In this document: positions 8,968 to 18,655 of the stretch, piece by piece
How the letters are laid out: each line of letters starts with the position of its first letter
How positions within the stretch are numbered: position 1 is the first letter of the stretch
IMG/VR virus record: IMGVR_UViG_2875722834_000005
Span: 1-49,359 of that record
Reading direction: 5' to 3' (one strand)
DNA from: a virus
Taxonomy: Duplodnaviria > Heunggongvirae > Uroviricota > Caudoviricetes
Length of the DNA stretch: 49,359 nucleotides
Translations under genes and position numbers: made by a program
Notes under the pieces: generated by a model
The model's input: the letters and a program-made list of their open reading frames with translations, nothing else
What the model was told of the DNA's origin: nothing
Database searches by the model: none

Positions 8968-8986
8968 TTGTAAAAAGGTTTGTTAA

Positions 8987-9574
8987 CTACTGCTGATCTT
9001 CGACATAAATTCCGGCAGAAATAATTGCCCCGCCGATTCTCCGGCGGCCGTACAGGAGCGGAACCGGGTAACCCTGTGCGGCGGTATTTGTGACTCCGCC
9101 GAACGCGTATGAGGCGCGGTTATCTGAGCTCTGTTTGCTGGCCAGCCCTGTAGCCTGAGGGGATATCATCTGAACTACCCCCCCCAGCGTTATGGACGCA
9201 CCAGCAGCAAACATCATATTGCTGGCAGCTATACTCAGACCTGGCATCCAGATCGATGCAATCACTAATACTGCGCCCAGGATAGTTTGAATCAAACCGG
9301 CTTTTTTACTCCCGATGATTACCGGGACAATGCGGATAACATCGCCGGTAACCGGGAAACCGAGGTCATCCACACCGATGTTTTTTTTACCCTTAAATAC
9401 GGAGTATGTGAGCCCACGGCGCTGGCTGGAAATCATAAACTGCTCAAAGCCCGGAATAGTCTTTGCTAGCGCCACTCCCGCCTCGCTTACACGGGAAATC
9501 AGGCGGTGGTGAATTTTACCGAATGTTTTCCCGAGCACGCCGCCAAGCTCAATCCGGGTCATTACTTCCTGCAT
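8987..9574 (-). CDS. I: Tail assembly protein I
   Basis: 195 aa, position and hydrophobic C-terminal region as lambda gpI. Confidence 0.8.
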   Translation of the reverse strand: MQEVMTRIELGGVLGKTFGKIHHRLISRVSEAGVALAKTIPGFEQFMISSQRRGLTYSVFKGKKNIGVDDLGFPVTGDVIRIVPVIIGSKKAGLIQTILGAVLVIASIWMPGLSIAASNMMFAAGASITLGGVVQMISPQATGLASKQSSDNRASYAFGGVTNTAAQGYPVPLLYGRRRIGGAIISAGIYVEDQQ

Positions 9575-10293
9575 GTTTCACCTGCCATTACATCTTTATA
9601 ACGAACGATTTTCATCGTGCGCTCCTGCCAGTATCCGCCATAAGGAACACGTTGACTCAGATGCCCATAAAGATGGTGCAGCAGCATGTTACCCTCCAGT
9701 AAAATCCCGGCATGATTCCACTTATCGGCCTGCACCTGCATGATGACGAGGTCTCCTTCCTGAGGCGGGCCATCAAACTCCCTGAATCCGCACTCGTACC
9801 AGCACTCCTGATAGAAATTGTCCGGGTAGTCGTTTTCCCACCAGGGATAATCTACCCGGTAATCGTGGAGCTCGATACCGTGGGTCTGCCGGAAATAGCT
9901 CATTACCAGACCCCAGCAATCGAAGTGGCCAAGCACGAACGGGCGCTCCAGCAGCGGCAGTTCCCCGCGCGGCTGAATAGTGCGTAAATCCCCCTCCGGC
10001 CAGCTCACAATATGCCAGGGCAGCAGCGTTGCATCACACTGCGCCTTATCCAGCTCGCTGGCCTGCGTCGTCGCATCAGGATGGCTGTGAACAATGGCCA
10101 CCACCGTCCCCCAGTCTTCTGCCGCTGCGTAATCTTCGGGGGACAGGTGAAAATGTTCAGTCGGCTCTGCTGCGAGATTACGACAGGGAAAATAGCGCTC
10201 AACCCGGCTTTTCTGTGCCACCACGCCGCAGCACTCTCGCGGATATTCCGCTGCAGCGTGTGCCATGATGGCATCAATGGTTTTCTGACGCAT
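9562..10293 (-). CDS. K: Tail assembly protein K (JAB/MPN plus NlpC/P60-like)
   Basis: Strong match to lambda K (AIMAHA..ECCG..VAQKSRV..YFPCRN); HSHPD metal motif; start set at MRQKTIDAIM. Confidence 0.85.
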   Translation of the reverse strand: MRQKTIDAIMAHAAAEYPRECCGVVAQKSRVERYFPCRNLAAEPTEHFHLSPEDYAAAEDWGTVVAIVHSHPDATTQASELDKAQCDATLLPWHIVSWPEGDLRTIQPRGELPLLERPFVLGHFDCWGLVMSYFRQTHGIELHDYRVDYPWWENDYPDNFYQECWYECGFREFDGPPQEGDLVIMQVQADKWNHAGILLEGNMLLHHLYGHLSQRVPYGGYWQERTMKIVRYKDVMAGETCRK

Positions 10294-10294
10294 A

Positions 10295-11050
10295 TCAGCT
10301 CCTGATAAGAGATGTACCGGGGAAACCGCCAAACGGCAGCTCGTTGCTGTCTCCGTGCCGGAGCTTGCAGGCCGTCAGCGTGCCGTTGCAGACATCCAGC
10401 GATGGATCGTCAACCGGATTATTGTTTTTGTCGAAATAGCGCGTTCCGGCATAGTCGCAGCCGTCGCCGGTCCGGTACTTGTTCCGGATGCACCAGCTGC
10501 ATAACGAATGCAGCTGCCGCGTGGGTATCATCTGGCCCTGTAAATCCATCGGACTGGAAAGCGTAAATTCAACAGATTCATCCGTCTCGGTGCTTCTGGC
10601 ATCGATATAAAAGACCTTCAGCTTTTCCTGTGACGGGTCTGCAGTGGGATTGCCCTGCGGAAAATTTCTGGCGTCCAGATACTGTGCCAGCGTGTCGTGG
10701 ATACTCACTTTCGCCTGCAGCAGATCGTCATACGCCAGACAGAGCGCTGAGATCGAGCTGTCCAGGTTCGCCACACTCAGTTTTGGCTGTGGACTGGTAC
10801 CGTCCGTAGTCGCTTCAATACCCTCAACCTGACACGGCCAGGCTTTATACTCCTCCCCCTGCCACCAGATGGACTTCGCCGGAAGTTTATTCTCATCCCC
10901 GCCTGCAGCCTCAATCTCTTCCGGGGTATGCGCGATATTATGTGCGTGGAAGCGGAGTACATCTGACATACCGAACGCTGTGCCATCGACAGAAAAAAGC
11001 CGGACTTCATTGCCCGGCTCGAGTTTTTGATAATCAGCATTAAGACTCAT
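10295..11050 (-). CDS. L: Minor tail protein L
   Basis: Lambda L-like order and conserved C-terminal Cys-rich region. Confidence 0.85.
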   Translation of the reverse strand: MSLNADYQKLEPGNEVRLFSVDGTAFGMSDVLRFHAHNIAHTPEEIEAAGGDENKLPAKSIWWQGEEYKAWPCQVEGIEATTDGTSPQPKLSVANLDSSISALCLAYDDLLQAKVSIHDTLAQYLDARNFPQGNPTADPSQEKLKVFYIDARSTETDESVEFTLSSPMDLQGQMIPTRQLHSLCSWCIRNKYRTGDGCDYAGTRYFDKNNNPVDDPSLDVCNGTLTACKLRHGDSNELPFGGFPGTSLIRS

Positions 11051-11394
11051 GGTGCAAATGCCTGTTCAAACGTTGCGGTTACGGTTATCACTTTTACGTT
11101 TTTAACCACCTTTTTGAGCGTGTCAGCCTCGACACGCCACAGCGCGGTATCGCCGAAAGGCGGTGTGAAAATAAACGACTTCACTTTATGCCGCCGAAGG
11201 AAAGCGTGAATTTCATTCGCTGTAGTCGGATCCCCTGAAAAGGAATATTCATAGGTACGAATCTCATCATTCAGGCCGGAGCCGCTCACCTGTGCGTACC
11301 CGTCGCCGAACTGGACCTTCCTGACGGTGTCTTTGCTTCCCTCGGTGGGCTGGCTGGAAACCTTAATGCCCCAGGGGAATGTTTCTATCGTCAT
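11047..11394 (-). CDS. M: Minor tail protein M
   Basis: 115 aa; matches lambda M pattern (VRKVQFGDGY). Confidence 0.9.
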   Translation of the reverse strand: MTIETFPWGIKVSSQPTEGSKDTVRKVQFGDGYAQVSGSGLNDEIRTYEYSFSGDPTTANEIHAFLRRHKVKSFIFTPPFGDTALWRVEADTLKKVVKNVKVITVTATFEQAFAP

Positions 11395-11399
11395 AACTG

Positions 11400-13916
11400 T
11401 TACCTGCGATTGGTCGCATTCCAGATAAGCCCACCGGGCTGGATTGCCCTGGCGATACCATCGTTGACAGATTTGTTAATCACCTGCTGATACGCCTTAC
11501 CCAGCCTGTCTCCGTCGTTTTGCTGCTGTGCGTTACCGGAAGCATTCTCGACCGTCACCGGGGCATATACACTGACACCGAAAGGTGCTGCAGCCGGGCC
11601 TGTACCACCGCCCCCGACATACCCACCTGTGGCATACCCTTTCATCATCCGGTAAAGATTGCCGACGCCGATCCGGCTGGTAGCCTCTTTGGTGAAAACA
11701 AATTCACCACGGTGAACGACACCTGCAGGTTCATATTTCCCGCCTGAACCGGTATAACCGCCACCTGCAAATCCCAGCGCGGTTGTCGCTGAATCCACCA
11801 GGCCTACCATCGCCTGTTTCAGCAGGATCTGTGTCAGCATGGAGAGCGTGGAGCGGGTGAAGTCAGCCCAGTCAGCCTTTCCGCGCGTCAGCATGTCAGC
11901 CATATTTTGCCCGATGCCATCAAACGCACTGGTGGCAGCCGACTTCATCTGGCCATAAGCATCTGAAGCAGAATCAACATAATCTGCCCATGCGGATTTG
12001 GCTCCGGACTGCCAGTCGTCCCGCAGCTTATCCTGCTCGGCGTAATACGCCTGCAGCGCCTGCAGCTCATTCTGATAACCAGCATCGTTCTCCGAACCAC
12101 CACCATTTTTCCAGCCCTGAAGAAGCTGGGCCTCTTCATTGCGACGTTGTGCTGCACGACTGCTCATACCAGCACTTTCCGCAAGGGCTCGGGTTTTCTC
12201 GCCGATCTGCGTGACGTATTTTTGGGACGTATCCTGCAGGCGATTAAGCCGCTCCTGCGCCACTATCTGATCGCCGAGCTTCGCATTCAGCTCCGCACGG
12301 GAAAGCACCTCACTTTTACTGGCCAGCAGGGATTTTTCCTCAGCAGAAAGCGTTCGGGTCTTCGCGGCCTCTTCCAGAACCGTAAAGCGGGACTGCTGAC
12401 GCCACAGCTCCTGACGCTGCTGGCTGATGGTGTCATTGATGCTCTTATGCTCCTGCAGGGTGCGCAGCTGTGTCTGTAGCTCCAGCGTCTGGGCACTGGC
12501 CGTATCGGTGGCACGGGCACCTGCGGGGGTTCTGATTGCCGGGGTCTTCTTCGGCTTTTTAAGGGTGTCTTCGTACTCTTTTTTCGCGGCAGCCAGGTTG
12601 ATGTTGTAGTCAGCCTGGAGGATCCGCCCCTCTTTCAGCGCCTTGTTGAGCTCGCTCTGCCTGGCCGTGTATTTCTCAAGGGCAGTTTGGGTTTTGGCAT
12701 AGTTGGCCTGAGCCTGCGCGGCATATTTCTGACGATCGGACTCTGCGACCGCTTCACGGGAAGCATTCTCTTCGTTCGCTTTGGCAATACCAGCCTGCTG
12801 CTGCGCCATATCCAGTGCCAGTCTGGCCGTTTCACGATCATTCCAGAACCGGGCGCGGGCCTCATCATTCACATAATGATCGCCTTTACGCAGATTCCAG
12901 ATTTCATCAGCCTTTTTAAACGCGGCCTGGGCTTTTGCCACCATCTCCTGGGCGGTGTCAGGTCTGCCAATATCAAGTGCAGCATCCCACATCGACTTGA
13001 AGGCACGCTTCAGGGAATCCGCTGAAGACTCAATCGTCCCCATATTGTCGCGGATGGCCTTGGTCTGATCGTTGAATCCGGCAGTAGCAGCCTGATTAGC
13101 CGCCTGCAGTGCGCCAGCCTCATCACCGGCACGCTGCAGCTGTGCCACATGGACAATCTGTTCGGCCGTAACGTTGTGGAACTGCTGAGCCATCGCGATC
13201 AGGCCTGATGTAGGGTCAGTAGTGAGCTTGCCGTATGCGGCTGCGACTTTTTCCACCGGCACGCCGGAGGCATCAGTAAATCGCGCCACCGCCTGGCTCA
13301 TTTCATCAAAGCGCGAACTCGCGCCCACCCCCGCGTTGATAAGCTCGCTCAGGGCTTCGCTGGTCTGATTGAACGTCAGCCCCGCTGCCTGGCCGTTTCG
13401 TGCCAGCGCCAACATACGATCGGCAGTCAATCCGGCCGTGTTCCCCGACAGTACCAGCGTTTTGTTGAAGTCAGATAGTGTGGATGAGCCCTGGTACCAG
13501 GCATAGAACAGCGCACCCGTTGCGGCGGACAGCGCACCGATGCCGACCATCAACGGTGAGATCGTACCCAGTAAGGCCCGGAATGTTGGTATTATCCCGC
13601 CAAAGGAGTCCTTAACCTGACCGCCCTGCTGAAGCAGAATCAGCCATGGGTTCTGCCCGCCCGCTAGCTGCGTAGCTATATCGGTAAACTGCGCCGGAAG
13701 CATACGCATTGCTGCGTTATACTGGCCTATTGAAATACCCGCCTTGCGCGCGGCGTTCTCCTGGCGGCTAAAGGACTGCTGGATCCGTAGCGCTTCGTCG
13801 TTCGCCGCGCTGCCAGTCTGCTTTAATTCTTTTTTGACGTAGTTAAGCTGCTCGTTAAATTTCGTCGAGTTAACGTCAAGGTTAACGACCAGATCACCCA
13901 CTGCCGTCTGGGCCAT
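11400..13916 (-). CDS. H: Tail tape measure protein H
   Basis: 838 aa, Ala/Gln-rich coiled-coil, position between G-T and M. Confidence 0.9.
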   Translation of the reverse strand: MAQTAVGDLVVNLDVNSTKFNEQLNYVKKELKQTGSAANDEALRIQQSFSRQENAARKAGISIGQYNAAMRMLPAQFTDIATQLAGGQNPWLILLQQGGQVKDSFGGIIPTFRALLGTISPLMVGIGALSAATGALFYAWYQGSSTLSDFNKTLVLSGNTAGLTADRMLALARNGQAAGLTFNQTSEALSELINAGVGASSRFDEMSQAVARFTDASGVPVEKVAAAYGKLTTDPTSGLIAMAQQFHNVTAEQIVHVAQLQRAGDEAGALQAANQAATAGFNDQTKAIRDNMGTIESSADSLKRAFKSMWDAALDIGRPDTAQEMVAKAQAAFKKADEIWNLRKGDHYVNDEARARFWNDRETARLALDMAQQQAGIAKANEENASREAVAESDRQKYAAQAQANYAKTQTALEKYTARQSELNKALKEGRILQADYNINLAAAKKEYEDTLKKPKKTPAIRTPAGARATDTASAQTLELQTQLRTLQEHKSINDTISQQRQELWRQQSRFTVLEEAAKTRTLSAEEKSLLASKSEVLSRAELNAKLGDQIVAQERLNRLQDTSQKYVTQIGEKTRALAESAGMSSRAAQRRNEEAQLLQGWKNGGGSENDAGYQNELQALQAYYAEQDKLRDDWQSGAKSAWADYVDSASDAYGQMKSAATSAFDGIGQNMADMLTRGKADWADFTRSTLSMLTQILLKQAMVGLVDSATTALGFAGGGYTGSGGKYEPAGVVHRGEFVFTKEATSRIGVGNLYRMMKGYATGGYVGGGGTGPAAAPFGVSVYAPVTVENASGNAQQQNDGDRLGKAYQQVINKSVNDGIARAIQPGGLIWNATNRR

Positions 13917-14214
13917 AGCGCACGCCTCCTGAAATACCTGCAGCCTTCGCCATCAGCGTATCGTCATCCGGCTCATCAACGTCGATGCTTTCCGATACAG
14001 GGGAAAGGATGCTGAAACTGTCCGGTGTTAATTCCGGATCAGCAAAAAACAGGGTTGAGATGGTGTAGAGCAAACCGGAGAAATGAGCATCCAGCTGCGC
14101 ATCATGAAAGTAATTGTCCTGGTAGAAGATTTTCCAGTCGCCGTATTCCGTTGAGGACATGCCAGCAAGCATGGCACGCCAGTCCGGGCGACCGAACTCA
14201 CGCGCCAGTTTCAT
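13894..14214 (-). CDS. T: Tail assembly chaperone T segment (expressed as G-T fusion by -1 frameshift)
   Basis: Frame is -1 relative to G and open from 14259; lambda T-like position. Confidence 0.8.
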   Translation of the reverse strand: MKLAREFGRPDWRAMLAGMSSTEYGDWKIFYQDNYFHDAQLDAHFSGLLYTISTLFFADPELTPDSFSILSPVSESIDVDEPDDDTLMAKAAGISGGVRYGPDGSG

Positions 14215-14222
14215 GGCAAACT

Positions 14223-14645
14223 TCAGCTCACTGGCGAGGGCTTTTCCGCAGTAACAGGTTCAGCGGGTTCATTACGTTCTTCACCGGGCTCAGCCTGGTC
14301 ATCAGTGACCGGCGCAATCATCCCGGACAGGAGTTTCACCTTATATTCGGCTTCGGCAACAAGTTCGGTCGGCCATGTCTGCATGACCTCATCCTGAATC
14401 TGCTCCACTTCCGCCGCCGCGTTTTCTCCCTGCGATCCTTTAAGCGCGTGGCCATGCCAGAGTGACATTGCCACCAGATATGCTCCACTCTTCACGGTAA
14501 GGGTAATGGCAGCCTGAAAATCACCAGCTTCAACCGCCTCAAGTTGTTTCAGGTATTCGAGGTATTCAATACGCTGCAGCGCCGACAGCTGGAACAATGT
14601 GACGCTGCTGCCGTTACTTTCAAGCAGCTCGCTCTTTAGAAACAT
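14223..14645 (-). CDS. G: Tail assembly chaperone G
   Basis: Close match to lambda G (MFLK..VTL..LSALQRIE..AMSLWH). Confidence 0.9.
   Translation of the reverse strand: MFLKSELLESNGSSVTLFQLSALQRIEYLEYLKQLEAVEAGDFQAAITLTVKSGAYLVAMSLWHGHALKGSQGENAAAEVEQIQDEVMQTWPTELVAEAEYKVKLLSGMIAPVTDDQAEPGEERNEPAEPVTAEKPSPVS
14241..14249 (-). other. Candidate -1 programmed frameshift slippery site (G GAA AAG) for the G-T fusion
   Basis: mRNA reads GCG GAA AAG in G frame and CGG AAA AGC in T frame; T frame opens only about 12 codons upstream of the G stop. Confidence 0.6.
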
Positions 14646-14681
14646 AATTACTCCGGGGGAACGGGGCTTTCGCCCCGGTTA

Positions 14682-15419
14682 TCAGGAAACAGTGACTTTG
14701 CAGATCGCCACAAAGTTACCGTCATTGCTCATTACGATGATCTCGACGGTGCCTGCCGCCACGCCGGTAACAGTCAGGGTATTGCCGCTGACGGTGACCG
14801 TTGCTTTTGACGGATCAGAACTGGCTACGCGGAAAGACTTATCTGAAGCACTTGCTGGCAGGACAGAAACAACCAGTTGCGTCGTGGCCGCGACAGCCAC
14901 AGCCGCCGTGGATTTATCCAGGCTGATCCCCGTAACGGCAATCGGCGCGGTACCACTGTCTTCGGCCAGCGATGGTTTGCCATTGTTGGTGATTTTTGCC
15001 GTGCGGGTCATGACCTCTTTAGACGAGATGGTCTTGCCGAGACTGCTCACCCAGCCCTTAAAGACATCGACAACACCATTCGGATATTTGATTTTATACC
15101 CCTTCACGGTGCCTTCATCGAACCAGTTCACCAGGTCCTGCTGACCGGAATCCTCCGGCATCCATGCGAGCGTCAGGTTTGTTTCACCGGCTGATTTCTG
15201 CCCCTGCATCGTTGATGTCCAGTCGGCATTCTCATCATCGATGTAGGTGTCATCTTCCGATTCAGCTGTCAGTTCTCCGGGCTGCAGGTCTTTAATCTTT
15301 GCCAGGCGCAGCCAGTCAACGTCTGAAAGCGGATTGGCGTATGGATCACCAGTTCCGGTGTAAACCCAGAGGGTGGTACCAGCACCTTTTGTTGGTGCCA
15401 GCGGGTTTGGTGTGGCCAT
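14682..15419 (-). CDS. V: Major tail protein V with C-terminal Ig-like domain
   Basis: 245 aa, lambda V-like N-terminus and Ig-like C-terminal repeat region. Confidence 0.9.
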   Translation of the reverse strand: MATPNPLAPTKGAGTTLWVYTGTGDPYANPLSDVDWLRLAKIKDLQPGELTAESEDDTYIDDENADWTSTMQGQKSAGETNLTLAWMPEDSGQQDLVNWFDEGTVKGYKIKYPNGVVDVFKGWVSSLGKTISSKEVMTRTAKITNNGKPSLAEDSGTAPIAVTGISLDKSTAAVAVAATTQLVVSVLPASASDKSFRVASSDPSKATVTVSGNTLTVTGVAAGTVEIIVMSNDGNFVAICKVTVS

Positions 15420-15426
15420 AGGGTCC

Positions 15427-15825
15427 TCACATGTCGTAAGTAATGGAATATTTCAGGTCGGCAGAACTCCACAGCGCCATATCGTCATCGCGCTGGTAGT
15501 CATAGCCCTGCTGAACCATTGTGGTGATAAGAGATTCAAGCCCCGGAACCTCTGCGAGAACCGGATACACTCTCGTCTCCATCCAGTCATCCAGATCAGA
15601 ATCAGGTACCTGAGCCTCAAGAAAGACTTCGATATGCAGAATGGCCTGCCAGCTATCGGCGTCCAGTTCTTCCCCTGTGTATTCCGCATCTGTCAGGTAG
15701 ACGGCAACAGCGGGAAAATCACCCTCTTCGAGCACTGCAGGTCTGCCGTCAAAATAAATGACATCAGTACCAATCGCGCTTTCCAGCGCGTCAATAATCA
15801 CCTTGCGAATATCGCTGTGTTTCAT
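15427..15825 (-). CDS. U: Tail terminator protein U
   Basis: Near-identical blocks to lambda U ([26 protein letters not shown]). Confidence 0.9.
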   Translation of the reverse strand: MKHSDIRKVIIDALESAIGTDVIYFDGRPAVLEEGDFPAVAVYLTDAEYTGEELDADSWQAILHIEVFLEAQVPDSDLDDWMETRVYPVLAEVPGLESLITTMVQQGYDYQRDDDMALWSSADLKYSITYDM

Positions 15826-16376
15826 CGTGTCAGAATTAACCTGAGTTGGTTGGTAAGGGATGCCCGGAGCTCTTTGGGCATATCTGACTCCATGAGCTTC
15901 GGCAGTTCTTCTTTAAATGCCGTAGTTAATGGAGCTGCCAGCGGGATGCTGACCACTTCAATGGGGTAACGAGGTTTTGAAGTCCGCCTCATGACATGCC
16001 AGCGACCATTTTTAAGTTGCTGGATAAAGCCGCCCGGAAAACGAAATGGCCCTATGCGCAGAACGCTGTTGGCCCCTTTCTTGTCCCGTTTTCTGCGGGA
16101 AAGTCGCACGCTTGCGGTACCGAGTTTAATGGCCGGTAAATTTCCCCGGTTTACCCGGATAAGTGCACGAGGTCTATTGACCGTCGCACGCTTCACCCTG
16201 GCGCGTTGCTTTACCAGTTTTCGCGGTACGCGCGTATCTTTTGATACGACTGCCACGCTGCGGCTGACGGCCCGGTTTGCCACGCGGTTAACGGCCTGCG
16301 CCGATGCCCGCGGAACAGCCGTTTTGCTGATGCTGTTAAGGTTTTCTATGGCCTGTTCAAGGCCTTTTATGGACAT
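15822..16376 (-). CDS. Z: Tail completion protein Z
   Basis: 184 aa, basic, lambda Z position. Confidence 0.85.
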   Translation of the reverse strand: MSIKGLEQAIENLNSISKTAVPRASAQAVNRVANRAVSRSVAVVSKDTRVPRKLVKQRARVKRATVNRPRALIRVNRGNLPAIKLGTASVRLSRRKRDKKGANSVLRIGPFRFPGGFIQQLKNGRWHVMRRTSKPRYPIEVVSIPLAAPLTTAFKEELPKLMESDMPKELRASLTNQLRLILTR

Positions 16377-16385
16377 ATGCGCTCC

Positions 16386-16739
16386 TTAACGGCGACGCGA
16401 AGATGCAGGTGGAGAGCCGTTACCCAGACAGATATGACAGGAGCCACAGTCATCCGGACCAATACGTTCAACCCAGAATTGCCGACCGTTAATCGTCAGC
16501 GTGTCCATACGCTGCAGCTGCCTGACAGTGGCGGTTTCCACAAACAGGGTCGGGCTGGTTCCTTCAACACGAATCCCGGCACCGGCATATCCGATATTTT
16601 CTGGATCATCGAATACACCGACCAGGGTGGCACCTGACAAAGCGCCTGACATCACCTTTGCCTCTGTGCCCATCACACCACGGATAGCGCTATCAGCTCG
16701 CGACATGGCCTCGTCAAAGAGATTATCGAAATCAGCCAT
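16386..16739 (-). CDS. FII: Head-tail connector protein FII
   Basis: Near-identical to lambda FII (MADFDNLFD...VFDDPENI.YAG). Confidence 0.9.
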   Translation of the reverse strand: MADFDNLFDEAMSRADSAIRGVMGTEAKVMSGALSGATLVGVFDDPENIGYAGAGIRVEGTSPTLFVETATVRQLQRMDTLTINGRQFWVERIGPDDCGSCHICLGNGSPPASSRRR

Positions 16740-16749
16740 GTGGCCCCCT

Positions 16750-17175
16750 TCAGACTTCGAAAGCCAGCCCCTTTGCGATCAAGTCGTCGGCATCCTGTTC
16801 AGATACGCGGATAATCACACCAGGCTCTACGATAGATACCGGCTCGTTACGCGTGGCATGCAGAGCGTCAATATGCAGGGTGGCCAGCGTTTCTACTGAT
16901 ACCAGGTCACCCGTTGTGGCCGATTCCGTTTTTACTTTTGCCACGTTAGCAACATTGTTGTCGGTGCTGTCGGTGCTGTCGGTGCTGTCGGTGCTGTCGG
17001 AAGCATTCTGCACGCCGTTTTCACCGTCAACTGACCCGGCATTGCCATCCAGTTCCTCTTCAAGCTCAGCAATACGCATCGTCAGTTCCTGAATGGTGCC
17101 GCTGGTACTGACCTCGCGGTTAAGCTGGGTCCCAAGTTCATTCAGGCGGGCGACCAGCTTTTCTTTTTCTGTCAT
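16750..17175 (-). CDS. FI: DNA packaging protein FI
   Basis: Matches lambda FI at both ends (LGEQLNR..; ..LHTDALHATRDEP); start set at MTEKEK. Confidence 0.8.
   Translation of the reverse strand: MTEKEKLVARLNELGTQLNREVSTSGTIQELTMRIAELEEELDGNAGSVDGENGVQNASDSTDSTDSTDSTDNNVANVAKVKTESATTGDLVSVETLATLHIDALHATRNEPVSIVEPGVIIRVSEQDADDLIAKGLAFEV
16959..17000. repeat. 9-bp tandem repeat (TGTCGGTGC, about 4.5 copies) inside FI, encoding (Ser-Thr-Asp)n linker
   Basis: Seen directly; in-frame. Confidence 0.8.
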
Positions 17176-17189
17176 GGGAAATACTCCAG

Positions 17190-17207
17190 AAAGGTGGCCC
17201 GACAGGG
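17190..17207 (-). other. Perfect 7-bp stem hairpin (GTGGCCC-TGTC-GGGCCAC) in the E-FI intergenic region
   Basis: Seen directly between E stop and FI start. Confidence 0.4.
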
Positions 17208-17220
17208 CCACTGGGGGAAG

Positions 17221-18246
17221 TTATGCCAGTTTGACGGAGACGAATGCGTCAGGGTCTGGCAGCAGCATCAGCGGAGCTGACTGAATCATGGTGAATTCGC
17301 GCGCCGGATCCCCCGACTGCACCCAGTTTTTCGGGTAGCGTGTCGAGGCATTGATACCTTCGCGCTGGGCATCAGCATCAAGAATGCAGCCATAGGTACG
17401 CAGGCCACGAGCCTGGGTATTCCCCAGCACCATTGTCAGGTCCGGCAGATAATTCTTTTTGACGTCGTTTTCGACGTACTGGCCGGAGTACACCACGATG
17501 GCCACATCGCCAAACATCCCCTTGTATGAAACAGCCATACCCAGGTCTTTCACGGCAGTTTCCAGCTCAGAGTTAGAACCACGACGCGTATCCAGCTTCT
17601 TCTCAACAGCCTTGAAGGAACGGAACAGCGCCCAGCCTTTCGGATCGAACACAATGATGTTGACCACACCGCTGGCGTTGAGCGCGTAGGCTTCAATGTC
17701 ATCGGTCGGGTCATACGTTTCTTTGTCGCGGGTTGACCATGCAGCCGCACCGGCCTGGACAATGTTGTTACCAGCGCTGCGGCCCATATCGACTTCAACA
17801 GGCTCGAACGCTTCCCCGGTCATGGTGTATTTACCGCTGAGCACCGCCGAAACAGCCTGTTTCTCTTCGACCTGAGCAATCGCCAGCTCTTCATCCTTCA
17901 TGTTCTGAAGGATAATGCGGCGACGGCGATAGACCGGGTCAGCGAGATTCTGCGGATCCTCATCCGGCAGGCGGCGGAGAGTCATCAGTGGGTTAACTTC
18001 GTGTTTCGGCTTCACATAACCCGGCGTGAATTCAGACGTGCTGCCGCCACGGGAGCGGATCACTTTGCCGGAGACAATCGGCGAGACGTAAAGCGCCATA
18101 TTGACCAGGCCAGGAATTTGCGACAGGTAAACCTTCTCTGTACTGAAGGGATAGGTTTCGCGGAAAAAGATACGCAGGAAAAGCGGATCGAATTTGAATT
18201 TCTTCTCATTGACCGCCAGCAGTTGGGCAGTGGTGTAAACGGACAT
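17221..18246 (-). CDS. E: Major capsid protein E
   Basis: 341 aa, roughly 90 percent identical to lambda E by eye along the whole length. Confidence 0.95.
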   Translation of the reverse strand: MSVYTTAQLLAVNEKKFKFDPLFLRIFFRETYPFSTEKVYLSQIPGLVNMALYVSPIVSGKVIRSRGGSTSEFTPGYVKPKHEVNPLMTLRRLPDEDPQNLADPVYRRRRIILQNMKDEELAIAQVEEKQAVSAVLSGKYTMTGEAFEPVEVDMGRSAGNNIVQAGAAAWSTRDKETYDPTDDIEAYALNASGVVNIIVFDPKGWALFRSFKAVEKKLDTRRGSNSELETAVKDLGMAVSYKGMFGDVAIVVYSGQYVENDVKKNYLPDLTMVLGNTQARGLRTYGCILDADAQREGINASTRYPKNWVQSGDPAREFTMIQSAPLMLLPDPDAFVSVKLA

Positions 18247-18266
18247 AGATTTTTCCCGTAAAAAAA

Positions 18267-18281
18267 GCCGCGCAAGCGGCT
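18267..18281 (-). terminator. Hairpin GCCGC-TTGC-GCGGC flanked by A- and T-runs between D and E
   Basis: Seen directly; U-run follows on the minus strand, E start about 20 nt downstream. Confidence 0.4.
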
Positions 18282-18313
18282 TTTATGAATGATGATGGTT
18301 GTAGAAATGCGGA

Positions 18314-18646
18314 TTAAACGATGCTGATTGCAGTACCGGCGAACGCGTTACGTTTAATGTTGTCGTCGGTGACGGCAGATGGCCAGAGGACATCTTCAAT
18401 ACGGAAAGAGCCAGATTTGTAATATGCCAGTTCCGCGCTGTTCTGGTCTGCGGTTACAGCCAGGATGCCCATTGCCGCGCCAGCATGAGCACCATCCCAG
18501 ACGGTCAGCTTGCCAGAAGTGGCATCCAGCATGAGCGGCGTCATGGCTGGAGTGGAAGCCGTCAGTTCGCCAGGACCATACGCAGTGTGCGCCGGGTCGC
18601 TGTTACCGAGCGGCTGGTTATGTGTGAAAACTTCAGTAATTGCCAT
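18314..18646 (-). CDS. D: Head decoration protein D
   Basis: 110 aa, strong match to lambda D ([30 protein letters not shown]). Confidence 0.9.
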   Translation of the reverse strand: MAITEVFTHNQPLGNSDPAHTAYGPGELTASTPAMTPLMLDATSGKLTVWDGAHAGAAMGILAVTADQNSAELAYYKSGSFRIEDVLWPSAVTDDNIKRNAFAGTAISIV

Positions 18647-18655
18647 GATAGCCTC

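Noticed and set aside
11945-13025. Internal and antisense ORFs within the tape measure gene H
   Set aside because: Spurious frames inside a strongly supported 838-aa gene
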